Part shown: in pieces, positions 15,001-27,000 of the stretch
How positions within the stretch are numbered: the first letter of the stretch is position 1
Layout: each line of letters begins with the position of its first letter
From: Antedon mediterranea
Taxonomy: Eukaryota; Animalia; Echinodermata
NCBI RefSeq assembly: GCF_964355755.1
Contig: NC_092678.1
Coordinates: 3,302,422 to 3,366,421, forward strand
Direction of reading: 5' to 3'
DNA: 64,000 nucleotides
Position numbers and translations under genes: made by a program
Notes under the pieces: model-generated
The model's database searches: none
Seen by the model: only the letters and a program-made list of their open reading frames with translations
What the model was told of the DNA's origin: nothing

Positions 15001-18000
15001 TTACAGAACATACTGTTTGTTGGCAAAGTTTGTACTCAACTACTTGTCACCTTGTACTTACAAAAATCCTAATCCAGAGAATTATAAGCTTCTTTTCCCA
15101 ACTGTAAACATAACATTGACGAATGACAGAACATCATGTCAACGTCAGTTGCGTGACCAAGGCTACTGTAAATAGCCGAAACGTAGCAAGTAAGTACTTG
15201 ACAACTGGTTTAACAAAAAAGTTAACATTTATTTTCTAAATAATATTTCACATTTTATATTTAGTATAATTATAATAAATAGCACTAGAATTATTTCCCT
15301 CACAGCAGAACATAAGGCATTTGTAAAGCCAAACTCAATCCCTTTGTTGTTTTTGTTTTGGCAAATAAACAAACAATTATTTTGAAATAGTACAGAAACA
15401 CCCAACATTGTAGCCCAAGCACAGCACCTATTCTTATGCTTTTGTTTCAGGGCATAACATCTTTTAGAGGATAAGGGATCTTTGATATGTTCTCTGGTAT
15501 TTTGCTTAGAATAGAAATTAATCTTATTATTTATAATGCACAACCTATATCATTAAAGCTCTAGTATCTTAAAGCTCTGCCTACATTATCAAACCAAACT
15601 ATAGTTTGACAAAAAATGATGTGCATAAATATGGTAATGATATGCCCAAATATAACATCATCATGTCCATATATGGCACACAACATTTTTGTTTTAAATA
15701 AAGTTTGATAGAGTAGACAGAGTTTAAAGGCTGATTAGTTGAAATTAATGCCTACCACATTCGAGAAAAAAATAATATGTAATCGTTTCGAATATAATCA
15801 TCATTATCATTGAAACTAGTCAACGCAATAACATCAATGCATCAAGCACAACATAGATGCACCTTGATGACATTAATGGTTATTAGATGAGAGTAGGAAA
15901 TGAGGGGGTTAAACAGGCAGCAAAAAAAATAATTGAAAGGTTTTTTTTTTCTAATTTCTAGACCTTCTAATATAAATGATGATTTAATCAATATTCAGCT
16001 TATTGGGAGTGTTAATCACTTGATACTGGCCTATATTTCATTACTATGTTGCATACATTTGGACAACATTTGAGAGCTAGAGCTAATGTTTTAATCTTGA
16101 AGCAATGGTGTCCGGATTGATTGTTTGATCATAATTAAAAACAGTATTATTTTAGCACTTTTTCTGGATGTTTTTTCTTTCCAGTTAAAATTCACCTTTA
16201 ATTAGTTATTAATGAATGGCTGGACTAAACATAATGCTTCAATAATACAATTAATGAAGTGACTAGGCGATTAGTATAATTAATCTTTAGTATTTATACA
16301 TTTCTAGTCTTTTTAACAAGCTTGTTATTAATTTTAAAAGTTTGTCTTCAAATACCCATATTTTGGCCTGCTTGTGTATTTATTCATACTAGCGTAATTT
16401 TGTTTTTTCACGCTGCTGCTCTAGCCCGCTACGTCCCATTAGGACTACTCAATCAGAAGCTAAAGCAAGCAGCAGTTATAGTTCTAAGGACAGACAGTTT
16501 TGTGAAAATGGAAACTCCACTATGATTTATTGATTCCAGCTGCTACAGTAGACCCAAAAAACGGCTGGGAAAGAGTCTATTAGGACATGTCATGCTAAAA
16601 TTACAAATCCCTATATTCACTGTCAGATATTCATTGAATTATTATCGAAACAGTCCATTAAAGTTTGTGTTTGTAATAGGATACTTCACAATTGAAATAT
16701 CTAGGGTGATGAAGTGACCCCCAGATTTGACCTTAGCAATAAAATTAACTAAAGTGACAGAAATTGAGTATTCACTTCTGTCACAAAAAAGTAATATTTA
16801 TTCACATATAAAAAATGAAAAGAAACCCAAAAACCATTGTCTGACAGACAATTTAAGTATTTGTTGCTTTAAATTACATTTTTTCAGGTAAAATAACTAT
16901 CTATTATGTGACAATAAAATGACACATTCAAAAACATTTGAAATAAAAAATATTTTTCAATAAGCGAGCAGCGTTTTTTGTAAGAAATATTTCTTGTTTA
17001 GTTGTAAATAGTAATTGTTATATGTGTGCAGAAAAACCCCAAAAAAAGTAGAATAAAAGATCATACTTTGTTTCCCATAGGAATAGAATTTCCGACATAA
17101 TCGGATGTGTAATGTACAGATGTTTCTCCATAAAATTGCGGGCGATGATTACAGCTGTTTTCCACGGAAAAGCGTCTCTTCCTGCTGGGTTTGTGGTCTT
17201 CTGTGGCAATGGAATACCAAGCCGTTGTTGTTCCAAAGGGTCTCTTAGAATGTAGTCCAGCATGCTTTGTTTTACGCTTGATGTATAGTCTGTACGCATC
17301 TCCTATAAGAATAAAAAAATGTTTAGAAACACAGATACTTTGAAAAGGTACATAATGCAAGTGAACTTAAGCTCTGTATAGACTATCAAACTTCAGACAA
17401 ATGTGATGTGCCTATATATGGACATAATAATGTCATATCACTATCTGGGCACATCACACTTTTTTTGGCAAACTATTTGATATTGTAGACACGAGCTTAA
17501 ATGCTAAAGTAAAAAATCAAAAACAATTTCAGAAGTTGTTCAGTAATGTAAGTGGTTAATTTTTTCTAAAATAAATATTAGGAGCAATTAATATCAAGTA
17601 GGTAAGTTGATTTTCTAGAAGGCAGGAAGCAAATGTCACTGTTATCTCAAATAACAACTCCCAACTATTTGGTAAACAAAGTTAAATGTAAAACAATGGA
17701 CCTAAAAATATGAATGACAAAAGCCTATTGCATCCCAAACAATGGGTGAAGCAGGGAGTTGTTAATAACAACTCCCTGGGTGAAGCTTGCATTTTAAGGG
17801 TGGACACCTCACTTAAGCATCACAGTCTAGAGTTTAGCATCATTCTAGCTTCTGCAGTCATCGGTATAACATCTACTTCTACGCCTTGCATTATATCTTA
17901 TCTTAGCTCTTGATTGAAGATTCTAGCTGCTACGGTTTCAGCATACTGTACAGTACAAGGTAAGTTAATTAAGTGAACACTCCACAGATATAAAGATTAC

Positions 18001-21000
18001 TAGAGTATTAATAATGATCACTTCCTTGGTTGTTGTTTAGAATGCTGTACATTGGTGATCTTGGTACTTGCCTCCAATCCCAAGGTCCGGGGTTAAATTG
18101 GATTGCCGTTCAATTTATGTGTAACTTTTGTAACTCACAACTGTTAAATTACTTCACTCCAGGGGATGCAAGAATAAGACTTTTTATGAAGGTTTTATAA
18201 GCAGTATTATTCATTCTGTAATTCTTCTTTAACTGGCTGTTAGATGTGAATAATACAAAAGAATAGAGTGGAAATCAAAACATTTTGGAAGCTGATATTA
18301 CAGCTTGAAATTAATTCTGTTTCAGATGGGGAAAAGAAAGCAAACAAAAAAACCAACGAAAGAGAAAGGCTCCAAGATACTAAAGCTAGATATGGAGCAG
18401 ACAACTGCCAGTATCAAGGAAGGAAGCAATTTGAATAGTGTAGTCAACTCAATGTCCACCAATCCGACAAATGAAGTGGTTAATCCGGTGTCTGTCAATC
18501 CACCAAGTAAAGTAGTCAACCAAGAGTCCACCAATTCAACAAGCAAGGTAGTCAACCAAGAGTCCACCAATTCAACAAATAAAGTGGTCAACCCGGTTTT
18601 TGTCAATCCAACAAATGTATCAAGTGGCGCTGCTACTAGCATTACAGCAACACCTCGTTCTGGAAAAATGGTAAATTTCTGATTTTTATTTAATTGTTAT
18701 GTTGCTATATTATTATTTCATGGAGCAATTTTACTGAAATTCATAGATTTTACAACATGATTTTAGTTTTCATCATAAAAAATGAACAAATTTTAATGCT
18801 GATTCTCAAGATTATAACCTACTTTATATACTGCCGCAGAAGCACATTGATTAATCATTTACAATTTGAAACTATAAAAAGCTATCATGGTAAAAACGTA
18901 AAGCTCTGTCTACACTATCAAACTTTATGTGACAAAAAAAATGTGATATGCCCATAAATATGGACATGATGATGTCATATCACTACCATATTTTAGCACA
19001 CCCCAAACTAGTTTGATAGTGTAGACAGAGCTTAAGACACAGGGTGAATTTGTTATAGTCTGATAATAGTGTGCATACATTCATTATTTATTTTCTGTCT
19101 TTAGTCTACTACAACAAGCAATGTACAAACAACAGCGAGGGAGACCAGTACATCAAGTCAGAATGCTACTGCTCGTACAAGAGAGCTTCCATTATGCATA
19201 GCACCTGGTAAAAGAGGTTTCATAACTGTTGGTAGTATCTGTACATTTTCAAAAGTAACAGTGTTGGTTTATGACATGAAATACTCGGAAGGGGGCGGGA
19301 TTGCCGATTGCATGGTCTGCGAAAGGATTCCAGGCTCACATACGTTGGAAAGTAAAAGTTCTTGTATCTTACGCTGTCCTGCAAATGAATTGACAGCAGT
19401 TCGTAATACTTCAAAAAGTTTATCATTGGCATATTATTGTGCCAAATATGCATCAACATCAATGGACAAAGTCCTTAATGAATGTGTGCACAATATTAAT
19501 TCTAAGTACTTAAGTTACAGCTATAAATTTGAACTCGGATATTTCTTTTGTGATTCATTTAATAGTCTTTTTGATAGTCAATGTGAAAGAAGTAGCTTTA
19601 TAATTCCATATAATGATAGAGTATTGAAATTATTTGGATTGGAGCCAATCTATTTTCAAAAGACGTTCTATATTAAAAGTGACTACCATATACTAGACCC
19701 TATTTTTGGGCCATTCTGGGATGTAAAAGAGAAAAGGACTGGGGGTTTCTCCTATATTCAATCACTAACATTTCATATGCAAGAGTTTGTAATTACTTGC
19801 TATGTTAATATAGTAACTTCAACCAACAAATTTAGTAAAAACTACCGTACTGTTGTCGCACCTCTACCATAACAATCTGGTGCTTGTGTCAAATTTTCGG
19901 CCCTCTAATCCATAAGGTGAACAGAAAATAAATAGTTTTTATGAAAAGTCGATAACAAAATGTAAATAATTTTACAAACTGATACACAGGTTATTAATAA
20001 TATCTTCTATGTTTCACTGCCTATGAATAAAATCAAAGTTGTTTAATTCGTGTTTTATTTTGCTGCATCTAAATAAAATTGATATTGTTTTGATTAAAGT
20101 GTTCATTTTGTGTTTTTTTAGCATTTAAAGTTGCATACAGTCTGCTCTCCCATTCTTAGATTCTCAACGGAAACTAAACAAGAAATATTTCTTACAAAAA
20201 ACACTGCTCGACATTTCAAAATTATTCATTGTTCTTTCTTCAGATATATTTATGATTAATTATTGAAAAGATGTCCTTTAAATGCCAAAAATACATACAA
20301 ATCAAAGATAGTTCTTTAGTTATGAATCACATGCCCATTTAAAAATGGTCAATTTTGAACTTTAATGTGCTGTGTGTGTGACCTCAATGTATGCAACTGA
20401 ATACCCTCTAGAGACAACGTGACTTCAAGCAATGAGCGATATATATTCTTTGTTTGAAGTGAGAAAATTCTATCCAGTCTGTTGATTCGCGTCAACCAAT
20501 AAAAGGGCAAGAATCCAAAATCGTTCAACCGTGAGCCCTCATAGCAGCTGGGATCTATAAATTATAGTTGAGTTTACAAATTAGCAAAAATGTCAGCCTC
20601 TAGTACTACTGTATAACTGCAGAATCTCTTGTGGGGGCTAGAGCAGCAACTTGGAAAAAAAAACCAGAGTTTCCTAAAGCTGTCTACACTAAAACAATGT
20701 GCCCATATAAGGTAGTGATATTCCCAAATATGGTAGTGATATGACATCATCATGTCCATATATGGGCACATCACATTTTTTTGTTACATAAAGTTTGATA
20801 GTGTAGACAGAGCTTAAGATGTTCCAGTCCTCCAAAGATACCATTGGGTTTTTGGGAGGGTTTGAAAATGATTTTTTTTTAAATAGTTTTCATGTCAACT
20901 TACATAAAAATGATACACCTTTCAGTTGGAAAAAAATATCGGGAGGCTTTATCAAAGCATGTGCAAACTATAGAGGGCACTATAAAGAGAAAATAATAAA

Positions 21001-24000
21001 CCACCAACCAGTGCCTATAAAAGTACCTACGTAAAAGAGCTAATAAAGTGCTTTCTCGGCTAATACAAAAAGCTGGTGGAGACAAATAAAACAGTTTCTC
21101 GGACTAACTCAGGTTTTACTAATGAGTGGTACTTTTATGATACAATATTATTTTAACAACGAGGTACAAATGAAATTTTGTTGGTTGGTTTACATTTTGA
21201 TTTACATACAATTATACAATGAATAAAAAAAAAATGTGTAAATACTATTAAATATGTGAATTGAATTATAAAAAAATGATTGTCGGCAGCTTTTAGTGTT
21301 TTGATTCAGAGTGATCAGTCTACCAGTTTGGCTAGGCTTAAAGAATTTATTTAGAGGGTGATCAGGTCCTGGCAAATTTTATTTTACAGTTTTTACACTT
21401 TCATGAAGTGAAATAACAGGCTAATGCCGATGATTTTACTGTCCCACTTTACAATTTCAGCTAGTTTGCTTTTTTCCCCTTGAGTAAGATTCAAGAACCA
21501 GACAATAGAGCAGAATACAAGAACACTTCTAATAACGCTATAAAAAAAAGTTAAGAAATTGACATGTGATATGAAGGTTTTAAGTTTTCGATGGGAAAAA
21601 AAACATTCTCTAACTTGCTCTTTTGGTTATAGTGTTGGCTTCCCAGAGGTCTATTGTCTCTATCAGTTATACTAATTGGAAGTGTTCTTTTAGAGCATCT
21701 AAAGTAAAAAATGATCTCTTTAGTTTTATCTGATTTTTATTTGTTTTTTAAATTGTTACTATACCAAAAGATTTTGGCCGAGACGGTTTAGGGTCAACTT
21801 GACCTGCACCCCTCTATGCATTAATTGACTAAGTGAATAAGTTTTTTACTAAAGGAATTGCATAAAACAAACAATAAAATATCTAAATAAAATTAAACAT
21901 AATGTTAGCATATAATTGATAACATTCTTTTTCATAAAACCCTACCATGTGCTGTAGAAATTAAGACGACCAACAATTGATAAGTTGTCAGTAATATCTT
22001 CAGTTTAAAAAAAAGTTGTTAATTTTTTTTGGAAATGCAATTTTTTCCCCCGTGATTTTAAGGAAAATAAGTAACTCTTCTTCAGAATGTAAATAATATT
22101 ATAAATTTTAAGTTGATTTTCTAGAAAGCAGGAAGGAAATGTCACTGTTATTTCAAATAAAAACTCCCAATATAAACTATTGGTAAACAAAGTTAAATGA
22201 ACTATATAAAACAATGGACCTAAAAATATGAATGACAAAAGCTATTGCATCTCAAACAATGGGTGAAGCTTGCATTTTAAGGGTGGAAACCTCACTTAGG
22301 CATCACAGTCTAGAGTTTAGCATCATTCTAGCTTCTGCAGTCATCGCTATAACATCTACTTGTACGCTTTGCATTATATCTCTATCTTACGTCACGATTG
22401 AAGATTTTAGCCGTTACTCTTTCAGCATTTACTCTACAGTAATTGGTAAAAGGTAAGTCTTAATTAAGCAGCTTAAATTTGAAAAATCACACTCAGTGTG
22501 TCTAGAGGTAGAGTAGCTTATCTTGGATTAGGCCAAGTTGAGCCACCGACAAGTTGAGCCGCCGCCAGAAAAACGTTATTTTCTATGAAAACGGCAAATG
22601 CTAACTTTCGCTGGTGCTCGTTTCTTTTTAATAGAAGTTCTATTTATATTAGGGATAACGATGTACATTCAAAAGTTTAAATATCACGGTTTTTAGTATA
22701 TATATTATTAATTAAAAAAATAATTATGAAAATCTGGCTTGTAGATTCCTTGTGGATTAGGCCAAGTTGAGCCGCCGACAAGTTGAGCCGCCGCCAGAAA
22801 AACGTTATTTTCTATGAAACGCCAAATGCTTACTTTCGCCGGTGCTCGTTTCTATTTAATAGAAGTTCTATTTATATTAATTATTAGATATAATAACGAT
22901 GTATATTCCAAAGTTTATATATCACGGTTTTTAGTATATATTATTAAATATTATAATTAAAGAGAAATAATTATGAATATCTGACTTGTTTGTAGATTCC
23001 AAAATATAAGGCCTAAAACATGACTGAAAGTGATCGTTTTTAGCCAAAAATGACGTAAACATGTTGCCCCCTTAGGCGGCAGTTGTATGAACTAGGCCTA
23101 CTCCATTTTTCGGTAAAATAATTGCATAAAATCACCGTTTTTTAGTAAAATATTCTGTGTATTAACATTGTAAAATTCAATCAAATATGATATTAAAAGA
23201 TAGTAGATAAAAAATAATAATTATTTAACCTCATTCGAAGAGTATCAATACTCTATTAGTCCTGAGAGACAACGTGATTTTACGCGAGAAAAAATATTAT
23301 GGAGTGCAATTAAAAACAATTAAATTATTAAATATGACTACTTTCCTTTGCTGTGTTGTTATGGCGGTTCAAACCAACAAAATTGTAGTATGTAATTATT
23401 ATTTATTTTCATGACACAATAAACCTAAAGACCATGAACTTATGTACTAGGAAACCCCTCTATCACTACGCAAAATGTCGTAAAAGACGCACTGGGCGTT
23501 TCATAGAAATTACCGGCGGCTCAACTTGTCGGCGGCCCAACCGGTCATATCCCCAAAATATAAGGCCTAAAACATCACTGAAAGTGATCGTTTTTAGCCA
23601 AAAATAACATAAACATGTTGCCCCCCCCCCCCCCCCCCACCCAATCGGCAGTTGTATGAACTAGGCCTACTCCATTTTTCGGTAAAATAAATATTACTAC
23701 TTTCCTTTGCTCTGTTATGGCGGTTCAAACCAACAAAAATTTAATATGTAATTAAATATTATTTATTTGCATGACACAATAAACCAAGACCATGAACTTA
23801 TGTACTAGGACACCATCCTAATCACTACGCGAAATGTCGTAAAAGACGCATGCACTTGGCGTTTCATAGAAATCACCGACGGCTCAACTTGTCGGCGGCC
23901 CAACCGGTCATATGCCCTTATCTTATAGAGGTGCTTAATTATGGAACTACTAAGTAACGATCTCAAAACAATTAAATAAATGTTCACATTTTGCCTATCA

Positions 24001-27000
24001 ATTAGTATATTAAATACAATGTTGATTAAGTTGCGTAAATAATAATCTGTTCGCTTAAAAGTAGTTTTAGTTATTTTGTTTTTATATTTGTAATCTAGTG
24101 AAATGTAATTTTTGTACTTATTTTTCTATTCTACTTGTATTCCATTAAAATTAAATAAATTATTTACAGTCTTGTTGTCACCGCAATCAAATAAAGTATT
24201 ATTATTAAGACCAAGTTGAAGTATTTCCTTTTTTAAACTAGCTTTTCTTTAATTTAAATAATTGCCATCATCTATTTTAATTTATGTAACAGCGAATCAA
24301 GATATATAAGATTATAATATGCGCTATATAAGAATGAAATATTATTATTCTTATAGTATTGTATTTTTTATTTATTTTACATTTATTCGGTAATAAAAAA
24401 TCACAACAATCCCAGCGGGCAAACCGGTGATTTACAAATACAAAACAAAGAAGAACACAATAAAAAAAGCAAGCAAACAATCTTAATTACATATGAAAAA
24501 AAAAAACGAAAAAAAGAGATTATAAAAAAACAAAAAAAGGAGATGATAAAAAAACGGAAAAAGGAGATTATAAAAATATACTAAATTATTATTATTTACC
24601 AATTGAAACTATTTATTTTTCAGATGGCGAAAAGAAAGCAAACAAAAAAAACAACAAAGAGCGCCAAAATACCCAAACTAGATAAGGAACAGATTCCATG
24701 TTCTGACAATGAAACCAAAGAAAAGCAGGCAGCTATTAAAGACAATCAAAATAGTGTAGTCAATCCAGTGTCCGTCAATCCGAAGCCAGTCAATCCAACA
24801 AAGAGTGTAGTCAATCCAGTGTCCGTCAATCCGAAGCCAGTCAATCCAACAAAGAGTGCAGTCAATCCAGTGTCCGTCAATCCGAAGCCAGTCAATCCAA
24901 CAAAGAGTGCAGTCAATCCAGTGTCCGTCAATCCGAAGCCAGTCAATCCAACAAAGAGTGTAGTCAATCCAGTGTCCGTCAATCCAAAGCCAGTCAATCC
25001 AACAAAGAGTGTAGTCAATCCAGTGTCCGTCAATCCGAAGCCAGTCAATCCAACAAAGAGTGTAGTCAATCAACAAAATGGGGTGGTGAAAGTCATCTCG
25101 AAGTCTACTAATCCAACAAACAGAGTCGTCAATCCGGTGTCCTTCAATTCATCAAATAGAGTAATCAATTCGAAGTCTACCAATCCAACAAACAGAGTCG
25201 TCAATCCAGTGCTTGCTAATTCATCAAATGGAGTAGTCAACGCCAAGTCTATCAATCCAACGAACAAAGTCGTCAATCCAGTGCTTGCTAATTCATCAAA
25301 TGGAGTAATCAACGCCAAGTCTACTAATTCAACAAACGGAATGGTCAATTCAGTGTCTGCCAATTCATCAAATGGAGTAATCAACTCGAAGTCTACCAAT
25401 CCAACAAACAGAGTGGTCAATCCACCAGTGTCTGCCAATTCAACGAACAGAGTCATCAACCCAGTGCTTGCTAATTCTACAAACAGAGTGGTCGACCCAG
25501 TGGTGGTAAGTTCAACAGGCACTGTCAATGAAGGAGAAACTATTGTGTTTAGACCGAGTATAACAAGCAGTCCTGTTAATGCAACACCACAATCTGGAAG
25601 CACAGTAAGTTTCTGCCATTTCTACTTCCTTTATTTCTCGTCATTCCATTTTTTTATCTTCAGTTTCTGTGTTTGAATTCCCTGTATAATTGTTCTTTTA
25701 TCTCGATGTTCTCTTTTCATAGCTTTGGATGTTGTACTAGTAATTTTAAATAATCTTTATTTTTTCCATTTTGTCTTGTTAATGTTACAAAAAATGTTTT
25801 TTTTTCTCGTGTCAGTTTTTAAAAATCTAACTAAAATTAGTTCTTCAGTTTTAACAACAACCAATTTATCATTTACAACAATGTGAATAATTACAAATTT
25901 GATACTAAATATTTATCAATTTGTTTTAAAATAAATGAAAGTTGATTCGACAGCAAATAAATTGTCATACTGCAGGTAGAGTTATAGTTTCAAACTTTAT
26001 CATACTATAACAACCATCATGGTCAAACATAAACCCAGATTTGAGAGTATTTGATAGTATGTATGCATGCATTATTTATTTATCTTCTGTTTTTTAGACG
26101 ACACCAAGTAACGTTCAAACGACAGTGAACGAGCAAGTAAACTCTGCTGTTCCTCATACAAAACAGCTTCCGCTGCTCATAGCACCTGGTAGAAGAGGTT
26201 TCGTAAGTGTTGGTGATGTCTGTATTTTTTCCAACCTAACTGTGATGGTTTACGACATGATATACTCCAAAGCAGAAGGCATCATTGCCGGTTGTATTAT
26301 CTGTGTACCAGCAAATACAGGTTTGTTAGACAGAAAGAATTTTTGTACATTAAGCTGCCCTGTAAATGAATTAGACGTACTCCAGAATCCTCCAAGAAGT
26401 CAGCCACTCAGAACATTTGGTAAGGAATGTGCATCAAGATCACTGGAGATGGTGCTTATTGAATCTCTTGAAGCTGATTCTACCTATTTACACAATACCA
26501 ACAAATTTAGGCTCGGACATTTCTTTTGCGATTCCTTAGATAAGATTCTAGGACATAGAAGTTTACTTAACAGCTTCTATTTTCTGTACGATGATAAAGT
26601 ATTGCAATTGTTTGGACTGACAAAGGGAAATAATTTTTCTAAGACATTCTTTATGAAAAGCGACTTCCATCTTCTCGATCCTATCCTAGGATCACTCTGG
26701 GACGTGAAGCAGAATGGTGAGCTCACCTACTATGTCCAATCACTAAGATTATCCGTAGACGGTTCCATGATTGTTTGCTATGTGGATTTAACAACTACAA
26801 GGAAAAGATTATGCCACGACTACCGTTCTGTTTTTAGCTATAACACACTTTTGTTATAAGTATGTGCACAAATATTTTGTCGCAGTTTTGGTCGTAGAAT
26901 GTTCATGAGGTACATGCTTCTGCATATAGTTAATGTAAATAATTATTATAAACACTGATACACATGTTGCTAAATCATCTATGTTTTACTGGCTCTGAAT

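Noticed and set aside
17710-22456. Similar short ORFs at 17710-17913 and 22232-22456 ([21 protein letters not shown])
   Set aside because: They lie in the duplicated first exons, differ in start and stop, and are not in frame with the exon-2 ATG; the similarity reflects nucleotide duplication.
24678-25603. Minus-strand ORFs over the nested-gene repeat
   Set aside because: Antisense shadows of the coding tandem repeat; no supporting gene structure.
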